Source: a virus. Taken from it: DNA of 64,000 nt. The position numbers were made by a program, and so were the translations under genes. The notes beneath the pieces are model-generated. The model made no database searches, had not been told where the DNA came from, and saw nothing but the letters and a program-made list of their open reading frames with translations. The stretch is from the UHGV virus genome UHGV-0104313. One strand, written 5' to 3'. Shown here in pieces: positions 1-9,788 of this stretch (its first letter is position 1; every line of letters begins with the position of its first letter).

Positions 1-19
1 AAACCAACGTTTTTATGCC
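1..19. other. DNA-invertase crossover site (hix/gix/cix-like), truncated by window edge
   Basis: aaaccAAcgtttt core resembles the AAACC-NN-GGTTT centre of Hin/Gin/Cin sites; the same element recurs at every cassette junction (approx. 481-506, 920-945, 1392-1417). Confidence 0.5.
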
Positions 20-489
20 GCCCTTACGATGTAATTAAATGCGATATTTCGTGGACGGGTTTCACTCCCGCCAGTATTACCGATACTCCCTCGTGAATGA
101 AGTGTCGGTGATGGGATCAGACTCCCTCCTGTATTTGTGGCATCAAGTCCCCGTCCTTGTGTGTATGTTTTTTTGAAAATTGTCGCCAGCTCCCATTCAT
201 CTTTTGTGTCGTAACCATCATTGGCTACAACAATATGTCGGTGCTTTTCCAGCATTCCTGTCTGAATGCTCAATAAAGCACGTCCCGCATCCACCCCGCG
301 CCCATCATCCCAGCCGCGAATAAATTCTCCCCGTAAATCCGGTAATTTATTGGTGGGATAAGCCTTTGCCAGATTTGGGTACTTTTCAGAAGAAAATGCT
401 GCACCATTGCATTTCAGCCACCCCGTTGGAGGTGTGGCTGATGGCCACGGAACGGGCACGCCAACGGGCAGTGCAGAGCCTTCCCCCAA
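13..489 (-). CDS. tail-fibre C-terminal cassette 1 (phage tail-collar-like domain), part of invertible region
   Basis: 158-aa ORF; N-terminal 60 aa (GEGSALPVGVPVPWP...LPDLRGEFIRGWDDGRG) and C-terminal RPRNIAFNYIVRAA are shared with two neighbouring ORFs, middle is variable; tail-collar-like motif; first codon is TTG inside the crossover site. Confidence 0.75.
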   Translation of the reverse strand: MGEGSALPVGVPVPWPSATPPTGWLKCNGAAFSSEKYPNLAKAYPTNKLPDLRGEFIRGWDDGRGVDAGRALLSIQTGMLEKHRHIVVANDGYDTKDEWELATIFKKTYTQGRGLDATNTGGSLIPSPTLHSRGSIGNTGGSETRPRNIAFNYIVRAA

Positions 490-506
490 ACCAACGTTTT
501 CATGCC
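481..506. other. DNA-invertase crossover site (hix/gix/cix-like)
   Basis: cccccaaaccAAcgttttcatgcc; imperfect dyad around central AA; overlaps stop of cassette 2 and first codon of cassette 1. Confidence 0.55.
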
Positions 507-928
507 GCCCTTACGATATAATTAAACGCAATGTTACGAGGACGAATGGTTACATAATTAACCCCATCACCTCGTGAAGGCCCTGCAAATGAAAAACGGG
601 AAAATCCTGGTTGGTTAGAAACAATTTGGTCATAGTTATTGATTGAATGACCAGACCCAATGTCGAAATTACCTCCGTAATGAGAAAAACTTGTACCATC
701 CTGCCCTGAAAGCAGGGTACGTCCCGCATCAATCCCGCGCCCATCATCCCAGCCACGGATAAATTCACCGCGTAAATCCGGTAATTTATTGGTGGGGTAG
801 GCTTTTGCCAGTTTGGGATACATTTCAGAAGAAAATGCTGCACCATTGCATTTCAGCCAGCCCGTTGGTGGTGTTTCTAAGGGCCACGGAACGGGCACGC
901 CAACGGGCAATGCTGAGCCTTCCCCCAA
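500..928 (-). CDS. tail-fibre C-terminal cassette 2 (tail-collar-like), invertible region
   Basis: 142-aa ORF with same conserved N- and C-termini as cassettes 1 and 3, divergent central region. Confidence 0.75.
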   Translation of the reverse strand: MGEGSALPVGVPVPWPLETPPTGWLKCNGAAFSSEMYPKLAKAYPTNKLPDLRGEFIRGWDDGRGIDAGRTLLSGQDGTSFSHYGGNFDIGSGHSINNYDQIVSNQPGFSRFSFAGPSRGDGVNYVTIRPRNIAFNYIVRAA

Positions 929-945
929 ACCAACGTTTTTATGCC
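920..945. other. DNA-invertase crossover site (hix/gix/cix-like)
   Basis: same 26-bp element as at 481-506. Confidence 0.55.
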
Positions 946-1370
946 GCCCTTACGATATAATTAAAGGCAATATTACGAGGACGGTTTTCATTAGCTGTTG
1001 GCACGACACGAGAGGCGTCGAATCCAAGGTCATCGGTTTTGTCTATAGTAGTTGTGTTATTCGGCATTCTCGCTGATCGTGTTCCTGCATCGTAAAAAGC
1101 CCCTCTGATTGCATCAAAAGACATACCGATCCCGCCATCTGCGAATCCCTCAATATTTCTTATTGCATCCCCCTGTGAAGATAATAATTGTCGCCCGGCA
1201 TCCACACCACGTCCGTCATCCCAGCCACGAATAAATTCACCGCGTAAATCAGGCAATTTATTAGTAGGGTAAGCCTTTGCCAGATTTGGGTGCTTTTCAG
1301 AAGAAAATGCTGCTCCGTTACATTTCAGCCACCCCGTTGGCGGTGTTTCTAAGGGCCACGGAACGGGCAC
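939..1370 (-). CDS. tail-fibre C-terminal cassette 3 (tail-collar-like), invertible region
   Basis: 143-aa ORF, conserved ends shared with cassettes 1-2. Confidence 0.75.
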   Translation of the reverse strand: MPVPWPLETPPTGWLKCNGAAFSSEKHPNLAKAYPTNKLPDLRGEFIRGWDDGRGVDAGRQLLSSQGDAIRNIEGFADGGIGMSFDAIRGAFYDAGTRSARMPNNTTTIDKTDDLGFDASRVVPTANENRPRNIAFNYIVRAA

Positions 1371-1391
1371 GCCAACGGGCAGCGCCGAGCC

Positions 1392-1417
1392 TTCCCCTAA
1401 ACCAACGTTTTAGTCTT
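1392..1417. other. DNA-invertase crossover site (hix/gix/cix-like), invertase-proximal
   Basis: tcccctaaaccAAcgttttagtctt; same core; lies between cassette 3 and the invertase gene. Confidence 0.55.
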
Positions 1418-1462
1418 AATCCCTACCTATACCAACGATGTATTTTTAACTAAACAAAGAGG

Positions 1463-2044
1463 TTGTTTTTCATGCAAATTGGCTACATTCGTGTGTCAAC
1501 AAATGACCAAAACACAGATTTACAAAGAAATGCACTGAACTGCGCAGGATGTGAACTGATTTTTGAAGATAAAATAAGCGGAACAAAGTCAGCCAGACCA
1601 GGCTTGAAAAAGCTGCTCAGAACGTTATCAGAAGGAGATACGCTGGTTGTCTGGAAGCTGGATAGGCTTGGCAGAAGTATGAAACACCTTATCACGCTTA
1701 TAGAGGAGTTGCGGGAAAAAGGTGTTAATTTCCGTAGTCTGACAGACAGTATTGACACATCAACACCCATGGGGCGTTTCTTTTTTCACGTCATGGGGGC
1801 TTTAGCAGAAATGGAACGTGAATTAATTGTTGAGAGAACACTGGCCGGACTGGCAGCTGCACGCGAACAGGGACGCATTGGCGGACGTCGCCCGAAGTTG
1901 ACAAAAGAACAACATGAGCAAATAGCGAGGTTGATCGAAAATGGCTACAGCAGGAAACAGTTGGCAATTATTTACGATATCGGTGTATCGACGATTTATC
2001 GTTATCATCCTGTAGAGAAGCGCCAAACTCAATCTGAGCTGTAA
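1463..2044 (+). CDS. cin: serine DNA invertase (Cin/Gin/Hin/Pin family)
   Basis: 193 aa; N-terminal catalytic region MQIGYIRVSTNDQNTDLQRNAL with the active-site Ser, C-terminal HTH; sits beside the cassette array as cin does beside the P1 C segment. Confidence 0.9.
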   Translation: MFFMQIGYIRVSTNDQNTDLQRNALNCAGCELIFEDKISGTKSARPGLKKLLRTLSEGDTLVVWKLDRLGRSMKHLITLIEELREKGVNFRSLTDSIDTSTPMGRFFFHVMGALAEMERELIVERTLAGLAAAREQGRIGGRRPKLTKEQHEQIARLIENGYSRKQLAIIYDIGVSTIYRYHPVEKRQTQSEL

Positions 2045-2479
2045 TTCTAATGCCGCGTCGGTGTAATTTATCTTGATAGAATAGGTACATTTATCGCGCG
2101 GCACATCAATTCGATGTATCTAGCGCCTGCTGACCGCTAATGAAAACTGTCCTCGAAATGTTGTCCCTAGCCCGAGACTAGGGTATCACCTCTGGAAAGC
2201 ATACGCAGAACCTTTTTTAACCCAAGGTGCCCAGCCTTTTTGCTGCTCGCCTTATTCGCAAAAATTAGCTCACATCCTGCGCTTTCAAGTGCTTTTCACT
2301 GCATAGCTGTGTTTTGTTCATTTGTCTATATGCGTACATAGCCTATTAGCATATTTTCTGCCCACTATCGTTATTTATTGCAAGCTACAGGTTTTAATTA
2401 ACAAAACCAGTGTGTGTGGAAATCACAAAGTGCATACCGTTCTCAGATGTTGTTCAACTTACTGTTGTATAGGTAAAAA

Positions 2480-2743
2480 ATGACATTTTATGTACATATC
2501 GTGATGTTATCCCTTCTTGGTGGGGTGTATTCGTATTTGAGTGGGCTATGTGAAAACCGTTACGAGTCTTCATGCAAGAAATTGCTGGCCGAATGTATTT
2601 CCGCCGTACTTGCTGGCTTTATTGGCATGTATCTCGCGGAATATAAGGATATGAATGAAAGCCTTCAGAGCTGCATGGTTCTTATTTTCAGCGCCAATAG
2701 CAGGCTTATTATTGAAGGTTCCAAAAGTCGGTTGAATAGGTAA
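2480..2743 (+). CDS. small membrane protein, holin-like (possible Lyd-family)
   Basis: 87 aa with two hydrophobic segments; position between invertase and holin-like gene. Confidence 0.3.
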   Translation: MTFYVHIVMLSLLGGVYSYLSGLCENRYESSCKKLLAECISAVLAGFIGMYLAEYKDMNESLQSCMVLIFSANSRLIIEGSKSRLNR

Positions 2744-2817
2744 GTCTCTTATGCAACATAACCGGTTGAGAAGTTACTTTGCATACCATTACCTCCTGAC
2801 AACGTAGGAGGGAACTT

Positions 2818-3147
2818 GTGCTTGACACACAGGAATTAGCTCCAGTTGCTATTGCGCTCCTGCTTTCAGTAATTGGTGGGATAGGCACGTTCCTGATGGA
2901 TGTCCGAGACGGTCGCCAGTCTGGCAATTTGTTGGGATTGGTTACGGAGATCTTTGTTGCAGTGACAGCTGGCGCGGTGGCGTACCTATTGGGGCAACAC
3001 GAGGGCTGGGAGTTATCAATTACGTACTTAATGGTAACGATAGCCAGCAATAACGGTCATGAGGTGATTTCAGGGATGAAACGAGTGAATATCGATAGCA
3101 TTCTGAATGTTCTTACAAGTTTGGTGAAAAAGGGAGGCGGGAAATGA
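2818..3147 (+). CDS. putative holin (LydA-like)
   Basis: 109 aa, multiple hydrophobic helices, first gene of the darA-type operon as recalled for P1 lydA. Confidence 0.45.
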   Translation: MLDTQELAPVAIALLLSVIGGIGTFLMDVRDGRQSGNLLGLVTEIFVAVTAGAVAYLLGQHEGWELSITYLMVTIASNNGHEVISGMKRVNIDSILNVLTSLVKKGGGK

Positions 3148-3587
3148 TTGGCTGGGGTGTATGCGTTCTTGCGTTAGCCTTAGCCGATCGCTATTTGCTA
3201 AAACGCAAGGACATCACGCATTTAGAACTTGGTGATGTGGAAATTAAACCGGGTTTCATCCGGGTGCCGTTCAAATACCGGTCTAAATTCCCGTTTTTGC
3301 GCGGCGCAACGGTCAGATATTGGATCCGCGATGTTCAGAAGCCGACGACAGTGATTGAAGGCGAACAACGTTGTTTGACGTCGGCTGAACAGGGCGAAAA
3401 CAGTGAATGGTTGTACATACCCACTGAATATATGGGTAAAGGAGAGCGACTGTGGCATTTCAACGTCATGGTTACGCATGGCGACTCGTTCATTAACCCG
3501 TTGTATCGGATTTTCCCTGTTACTCAGCAAATCCGCAGAAGTTACGTAATAAATCTCGCACAGGATGTGTCAGATGACGAAAAATAA
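3144..3587 (+). CDS. putative antiholin (LydB-like)
   Basis: 147 aa, start overlaps previous stop; position matches lydB in P1 as recalled. Confidence 0.35.
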   Translation: MIGWGVCVLALALADRYLLKRKDITHLELGDVEIKPGFIRVPFKYRSKFPFLRGATVRYWIRDVQKPTTVIEGEQRCLTSAEQGENSEWLYIPTEYMGKGERLWHFNVMVTHGDSFINPLYRIFPVTQQIRRSYVINLAQDVSDDEK

Positions 3588-4176
3588 GTATGCAACGGTC
3601 GATTTTGACCAGGTTAATGAAAAGGGGCTGAAATCCCTTATCGCGGCGATCAATAAAACCGGTGTTACGGTAATTGAGGTTGACTCCAGCAACCGCGCAA
3701 CAACGAAAGATGGCGTTAAAGTTAAAACCGCAAAGCTGGTTCTTAACGACGGACAAATTCTTGCCATACAGGTAAACGATACTGGCGATATATCGTCTGT
3801 GAGGCTGAATGGAAAAGCTATTCCTAACGCTCAATCGCCGGATATCAAGACGCTTGGTACCGTCATGGGGCAAGCGGCCCGCAAAAACTCCGCAAAATTC
3901 CAGAAATCACTGATCGCCAAAGCGAAACGTGTTGCCAATCCGGTAGACAAGAAACCGGCAGTAAAATCCAACTTTCAGCGCCTGCAAGAGGCAAAACAGC
4001 GGAATGCTCAGGTGGTTGCCGCTTATAAATCAGCGCAGAACTCGGTGTCTTTCAATCAACAGCAGATCACTGATTTGCGGGCGAAGCTGGATAAGGAGAC
4101 AGGCCGACTCAATAACGAAAAGGCCCGAAATGGCGAACTCAAACGCCGTCTTAAGCAACTGAAAGCAGGAAATTAA
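3565..4176 (+). CDS. hdf: Hdf-like protein (homologue of DarA fragment)
   Basis: 203 aa; shares KNSAKFQ-containing segment with the downstream 639-aa DarA-like ORF; coiled-coil C-terminus. Confidence 0.5.
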   Translation: MCQMTKNKYATVDFDQVNEKGLKSLIAAINKTGVTVIEVDSSNRATTKDGVKVKTAKLVLNDGQILAIQVNDTGDISSVRLNGKAIPNAQSPDIKTLGTVMGQAARKNSAKFQKSLIAKAKRVANPVDKKPAVKSNFQRLQEAKQRNAQVVAAYKSAQNSVSFNQQQITDLRAKLDKETGRLNNEKARNGELKRRLKQLKAGN

Positions 4177-4177
4177 C

Positions 4178-6097
4178 ATGGAACAGTTCAATATCAATAA
4201 AGGGGTGACGATCAAGCCTGGGCTTGACGTGCTTCCCCCGCCAGTGACTGATGATGAATATCGCGCATTAATGGCCGGTGAGGACCGCTATCTGATGACG
4301 GAATCCAACACCCTGGAGGAAATCGAGGCTACGTTCTTCTATGACACGCCGATCCACTGGTGTGCTACGGATTTACTGGAGGCGATTAGTTCTACTCGTT
4401 TGCAGTTACACCGGACCATGCAGGCATTTGTCCGGGCATTGAACCAGAAGCTGAATGGTACCGGAATCTCTGCGGGGAGTGATAAAACGGGGGATGTGGC
4501 CCAGAGCGGCGCGCGCGCGATCGGCGGCGCTGAAATTGGCCGGGCACGTAACGTTAACGGGCTGCCGGTCTTGCCAGCCATTATTCCGCTCAGTGATGGT
4601 CAGACTATCAGCATTCTGTTTCATAGCCCGACAGCGGAAAACCGGATCACCAATAGCGATACGCTGGTTGCTTTCCAGTTCTTACTGAATAAAAAAGACG
4701 TTACTCACACCGTTGCTCCGATGAGTGGACGTGATATGACGCTGGCGCAGGTCACCATGAAACTTGCCAACCTTGCAGAGAAAAACTCGGCAAAATTCCA
4801 GCGTGCGCAGAAGAAGAAAAAAGCCCTTGTTGATGAAATAACCCAACTACAGGCTGACAGTGACCAGAAAGAGGATGCCATGAGCGACCTCGCGGATCAG
4901 GTGGCAGCGGTAGAAGGGCAGAATGCAGATCTGGAGCAGAAAATTAACGCTGTTGCATCGGAAGCGGATTCTCTTTATGAAGAGAATGAGCGTTTGCAGA
5001 CGGAGATTGATCAGCTCAATCGCACTGGTGGGCGCGGTACCATTGCTCCAGCGGGGATGACTGGTGGGCACTCTCGCGCGCTGACGGATCGCCTTGCCAG
5101 TATCAAAAATCGTATGCATATGGACGGGGAAGTGACGCTCAGTAATGGTGCATCAATGAAGCAATTCATTGGGGGCGGCGAAGGGTATATCCAGTTAACC
5201 GATCCGGATGGCAGCGTATACATGATCAAGGCTAAATCCATACAGGGTGTGGACATGGCAGATGCGATCGGCAAGCTGTTTAAAGCCTATAAAGCGGGTA
5301 ATGTATCGGAATACCTGGTCCAACCAGAAGAACATAAACCGGAAAACGTCGAACCTGAACCAGCGGAGGATACCGGTAGCTCTTCGCCTGAACCAGAAGT
5401 CTCTGTAGGTGCATATCGATATGCCCTGCAAATGCGTCCGGCGGCCCCTGGCGCAATACCTGAAGGTAACAAAGCAATTCTGCCGCGCCCTGATGAAGGT
5501 GACCCGTATTATGAATATGCACGCTACGGCATTGCTACTTACGATACCCCGCTTTCTGATCAGCAAATGAGTGAGTACGACCTGAAGTTATTGCCTCGCG
5601 AGGATTCTTTCGACTTCCTGGCGAAGACACTTACTAATGGTCCGTTTGGCAAATATGCACAAAAAGCTCTGGAGCTGGCCACCAGCTCACCAGACGAGTT
5701 CCGCGTAATGCTGAAAACTCAGTTTCAAAAAACTTTCTCCAATATTGCGTTTCCTGGGGGCGCTGGCACCGAGAAAATGGTGCAGAGCATGATCAATGCA
5801 TTGCAGGCCGAAGTCGGTGAGATTACTCAGCCAGAACCGGCCCCGGCACAGCCTGATGAAACGGTTAGCGAAGCAGATGCAGAGGCTAATAAAGCCATTG
5901 AATATCTCAATAACGTGATGGATATACAAAGCACTGACATGGCGGAGATCCGTAACGCCCGGGGCAATGTCCGGGAAGCGATTGCAGCCCTTCAGGCTGC
6001 CGGACGTTTTGAGGAAAACGAAGAGCTGGTTAACGGCGCAGCTCGCCACCTGGCTGATCTGTTGGTAGCAATCCAGAAAGCGGGGGTAGCGGCATGA
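4178..6097 (+). CDS. darA: DarA anti-restriction / capsid-internal protein
   Basis: 639 aa (size I recall for P1 DarA), follows hdf-like gene, precedes ddrA/ddrB-sized ORFs. Confidence 0.65.
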   Translation: MEQFNINKGVTIKPGLDVLPPPVTDDEYRALMAGEDRYLMTESNTLEEIEATFFYDTPIHWCATDLLEAISSTRLQLHRTMQAFVRALNQKLNGTGISAGSDKTGDVAQSGARAIGGAEIGRARNVNGLPVLPAIIPLSDGQTISILFHSPTAENRITNSDTLVAFQFLLNKKDVTHTVAPMSGRDMTLAQVTMKLANLAEKNSAKFQRAQKKKKALVDEITQLQADSDQKEDAMSDLADQVAAVEGQNADLEQKINAVASEADSLYEENERLQTEIDQLNRTGGRGTIAPAGMTGGHSRALTDRLASIKNRMHMDGEVTLSNGASMKQFIGGGEGYIQLTDPDGSVYMIKAKSIQGVDMADAIGKLFKAYKAGNVSEYLVQPEEHKPENVEPEPAEDTGSSSPEPEVSVGAYRYALQMRPAAPGAIPEGNKAILPRPDEGDPYYEYARYGIATYDTPLSDQQMSEYDLKLLPREDSFDFLAKTLTNGPFGKYAQKALELATSSPDEFRVMLKTQFQKTFSNIAFPGGAGTEKMVQSMINALQAEVGEITQPEPAPAQPDETVSEADAEANKAIEYLNNVMDIQSTDMAEIRNARGNVREAIAALQAAGRFEENEELVNGAARHLADLLVAIQKAGVAA

Positions 6098-6459
6098 CAC
6101 TATCAGCTATTGAGTTAATGGATCTCAGCGATAAGTTGGATGCTCTGATGTCCAAAGCGGCTACCGCGAGTGGCATGGAGTTGCTGGATATCAGCGATGA
6201 AATTGACCAGATCATGCAACAGATGGGGTACGGTGTGTCCGGCGGCAGTAGTGGCGAGGAAAAACAACCTTCGGTACATGATGGTGTGCCAAAACTGGTT
6301 GCTGATTTCCTGGCTGATAAATTCGTCGATCAGAGCACCGATGCATTTATCGGTACCTTGCAGGATTTGAGTCAATATGTTGGCACATACATCGACCTGG
6401 ACCAGGTTAAACAGCACACGGCGGCATGGATAGCCGCCAACATTAAAGAGGCAGCATAA
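6094..6459 (+). CDS. ddrA: DdrA-like protein
   Basis: 121 aa, acidic, start overlaps darA stop; synteny. Confidence 0.45.
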   Translation: MTLSAIELMDLSDKLDALMSKAATASGMELLDISDEIDQIMQQMGYGVSGGSSGEEKQPSVHDGVPKLVADFLADKFVDQSTDAFIGTLQDLSQYVGTYIDLDQVKQHTAAWIAANIKEAA

Positions 6460-6471
6460 GGCGTAACAGGG

Positions 6472-9459
6472 ATGAGCTTAAGCGATCAGGTGGTAATGGC
6501 CACCAGCATAGAAACGCTGATCGAGCTGCTAAAGAACCTGCCCGATTATGGGCGGGTTTCGTATGTGGTGACAGCGAAGGGAGACGAGGTAAAAACAGCG
6601 TTTGATATCGTCGATGCCTCAGCTCTTTTGATATCCAATACTCTGGATGGGAAAATTAATCCTGACTATCCCCAGGAACTTCAGCCGCGCGACCGGACCC
6701 GCGCATCCAGCCTTCTTCAGGTTAACCAGATATCCAAAGATTTGCGGCCTGCTCAGCTTACCGATTCCGGTTTATCCAGCCATGGCGCGCCGATAATTGG
6801 TGAGGACAATGCCGTTGAGTCAGGTAATGGACGGACTATGGGGATCATCAAAGCCTATCAGGACGGCAATGCGGATCGGTATCGTGAGTACCTGATTGAA
6901 CATGCGACCGAATTCGGCATACCTCCTGAAAAGGTTGAATCAATGACGGCTCCGGTACTGGTGCGCCGCCGGTTAACTAAGGTTGACCGCGTTCAGTTTG
7001 CCAAGGACTCAAATATTTCTGATCTTCAGGAAATGGCAGCCAGTGAAAAGGCTTTTGTTGATGCCGACAGCATAACACCGGCGATGATGGCGCTGTTTAA
7101 TCCGTCAGAAAGCGGAGATCTGCTTAGCCGCAGTAATGACGCGTTTATTCGCGGATTCATGACGCAAGTTGGTGCCACACAGGCGGCTGGCCTTGTAACT
7201 GAAGATGGGCGACCAACACGGCAACTTGTAGACCGTATACAAAACGCGATCTTTGCCAAGGCATATAAGGATGCGCGCCTGGTAAGGATGGTTGCAGAAG
7301 AACCTGATCCGGATATGCGTAATGTTCTGACGGCGCTTAATGCGGCAGCCAATGATTTTGTCCAGATGCAGGCTTTATCAGGAGAAGCGCACAAGCAGGC
7401 TGTGACAACTATTGTTGATGGCATTGAGACAGCGGATAGCCTCGATAAAAAGGCGCTGGCGGCATTGAAAGATGCGGTAGACCTGGTAAGGCAATCGAAG
7501 GAGTCAGGCCAGCATATTACCGATGTTATTGCTCAGGGGGATATGTTCAGCGAAACGGCCCCGGAAGTGAAAGCACTCGCGTTGTTCATCGTCGCGAATA
7601 ACCGTAGCGCGAAGCGTATGGCCACCGCCTTTAAGTTGATGGCTCAACGTATCAATGATGAGTTACAGCACCAGGGCCAGGCGCTGGGGGATATGTTTGG
7701 CGGCGGCGATGTGTCGTTACAGGATATCCTTCGCCAGGTGTCTCAGGAACTGGAAAACGAAGGCATGCAAGGGATATCCGGCGGTCTTTTCGAGTCCGTT
7801 TCCGGCGGTAGTTACAACGGTGTTGCTCCGTATACCAGTTTGCTATTACATCGGGCATCCGGCATCAAAGACATTATTCATCTGATCAGGCTGCTTTCCC
7901 GCACAGATCCCCAGGATGAACAGCTTGTACAAGTGCTTGCGCATTTTGTTCGAATGCCTGTTGCCGACGTGAAAAAATGGTGCCGATTATTCGGTATCAG
8001 CAATTCGTTACTTCGCGGCTTGTTAAATCACGCATCCTCCCTTGGGCGCGATGGCTTTGACGAGATAGCGCAGGCGATAAAAAACGGAGATATGCCACCA
8101 GCTATTGACTGGTTTTCCATTCGCCCAACCAGGGTGAAAGCATTCCTTAGCGCGGCGCATTCGGCATCACCATTGGCAGAAATGGTTCAGAGGTTGTCGC
8201 TCATATTCACAGACCATACCGCGTTGGGTGATCTGACTCTGGACGAGATGAAAGAAGCCTCCATTCAGTGGGCCGATCAACAAAATGAGGTTAACTCAGA
8301 CTTCTTGCCAGCATTCAGGAAGGCCGTTAGTAAAGCGGATGATGCCCGTGGAATTCTGAAGGCATTTAAGGCATTGCAAAGTCGTGTTAATAAACATGTC
8401 GGTGATATCGATGGGGTAACGGCGGAAGGCCGGGATATCCTTAAAGAGCACGGCATAACGCCAGAGTTTATTGATGAGATCAGGACTGATATGCAGCGTG
8501 AGGTCGTATCGTCCCTGCAAATCGTAGCCAGAGCGTTGGCGGATGCTAATCCGAAGAGTGCGGCCATTGTTAACCGGGTTATTGGTGATATTGAAGCATC
8601 GGAGGGCATGGGGGCGCTGAAACTCTTCCTGTCGCGAGCGTTTAATCCTAACGGCAATATTCTCCCTGGCATTATTGGTGAGGCTAAAAAGTATGTCAGT
8701 GAAGAAGAACTTGAGCAGCTTGACCAACTACTTAAGCGATTCTCATATAACCCGCAGACACGCTGGCAAATGAATCAGCGAAGTATGGGTTCGGTCCACG
8801 AGAAAGTGTTATCTGCCATGAACAGTGCGATCGCAAACTCATCCGTATCTGAAGAAAAAGCTCTTGAGTGGGCCGACTCTTTTATCACGGAAGAAGTGGA
8901 AGAAGCCCGCGCTGGACAGAATGGTGGGATAGACCTGCGCAAGGAACTTGCTGATATTTATCGCCTGACCGGCGGGAAAATATCGACCTTATCAAAAGTG
9001 GTTCACCACCAGGGAAGGGCATATGCAAATCTAAATGGTGTTGTTGCTGTCAATTTGAACGATGAAAATGCAAGTGCACTGTGGCACGAGCTGGGTCATC
9101 ATCTTGAGTACAGTAACCCTGGTTTGTTAGAGAAAGCCCGGTCATTCCTGAAGGCCAATGTTGAAGGGGATAAGCCATCTTTCGTCAATATCGGTGGGCG
9201 TGGCAAGCCTGAATGGTGCTTCAGATCTCGATTGAGTAATATTTATATGGCGAAGGTATACCCGCCAGCCTCAGTAAGTAACACCGGGAAAATTCGGCAG
9301 AAATCACCGACTATTTCCAAAACGTCAGCAACGGAAGTATTCTCTATGGCTCTTCAGTTGTATCATGACAAAGAGGCCGCTGCCGCATCACTGATGAATG
9401 GTGACGGATTGCTGGAACTGTTATTAGGTGTGGCAAAGGAGCTAAATAATGCAGATTAA
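6472..9459 (+). CDS. ddrB: DdrB-like protein (Dar system component)
   Basis: 995-aa ORF downstream of ddrA-like gene; synteny and size only. Confidence 0.5.
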   Translation: MSLSDQVVMATSIETLIELLKNLPDYGRVSYVVTAKGDEVKTAFDIVDASALLISNTLDGKINPDYPQELQPRDRTRASSLLQVNQISKDLRPAQLTDSGLSSHGAPIIGEDNAVESGNGRTMGIIKAYQDGNADRYREYLIEHATEFGIPPEKVESMTAPVLVRRRLTKVDRVQFAKDSNISDLQEMAASEKAFVDADSITPAMMALFNPSESGDLLSRSNDAFIRGFMTQVGATQAAGLVTEDGRPTRQLVDRIQNAIFAKAYKDARLVRMVAEEPDPDMRNVLTALNAAANDFVQMQALSGEAHKQAVTTIVDGIETADSLDKKALAALKDAVDLVRQSKESGQHITDVIAQGDMFSETAPEVKALALFIVANNRSAKRMATAFKLMAQRINDELQHQGQALGDMFGGGDVSLQDILRQVSQELENEGMQGISGGLFESVSGGSYNGVAPYTSLLLHRASGIKDIIHLIRLLSRTDPQDEQLVQVLAHFVRMPVADVKKWCRLFGISNSLLRGLLNHASSLGRDGFDEIAQAIKNGDMPPAIDWFSIRPTRVKAFLSAAHSASPLAEMVQRLSLIFTDHTALGDLTLDEMKEASIQWADQQNEVNSDFLPAFRKAVSKADDARGILKAFKALQSRVNKHVGDIDGVTAEGRDILKEHGITPEFIDEIRTDMQREVVSSLQIVARALADANPKSAAIVNRVIGDIEASEGMGALKLFLSRAFNPNGNILPGIIGEAKKYVSEEELEQLDQLLKRFSYNPQTRWQMNQRSMGSVHEKVLSAMNSAIANSSVSEEKALEWADSFITEEVEEARAGQNGGIDLRKELADIYRLTGGKISTLSKVVHHQGRAYANLNGVVAVNLNDENASALWHELGHHLEYSNPGLLEKARSFLKANVEGDKPSFVNIGGRGKPEWCFRSRLSNIYMAKVYPPASVSNTGKIRQKSPTISKTSATEVFSMALQLYHDKEAAAASLMNGDGLLELLLGVAKELNNAD

Positions 9460-9757
9460 AATCGCAGCGCCATTAGGCGGAGATGCCATTATCGAATTTG
9501 ATGATAATGAAGAAGTTTCCGGGCGTTTAAGCATTATCTCCGGTGACATTACCGAGGACATGATCGCTGAAGCCATAGCTGGGGCAAATCCCAATAGCTA
9601 TATGGGATTCGTTAACACCCTTGATGCTCCCGCAAGTGATGTTCTCCGAACGCTGCATCTTTACGCTGGCTGGTTTGTTGATTGGCCAGCAGTAGATGGT
9701 GGCGATGAGGACGACGACGATGATTTTGGTGATCATGTAGACCAGATCGTATATTGA
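9449..9757 (+). CDS. small acidic protein, last gene of darA-type operon
   Basis: 102 aa with poly-Asp/Glu C-terminus; overlaps ddrB stop by 11 nt. Confidence 0.35.
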   Translation: MQIKIAAPLGGDAIIEFDDNEEVSGRLSIISGDITEDMIAEAIAGANPNSYMGFVNTLDAPASDVLRTLHLYAGWFVDWPAVDGGDEDDDDDFGDHVDQIVY

Positions 9758-9786
9758 AGAAATCCCGCCAATCGGCGGGATTTTTA
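9758..9786. terminator. rho-independent terminator hairpin between convergent operons
   Basis: aaatcccgcc-aatc-ggcgggattt followed by TT; between + strand darA operon and - strand ssb operon. Confidence 0.55.
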
Positions 9787-9788
9787 CC

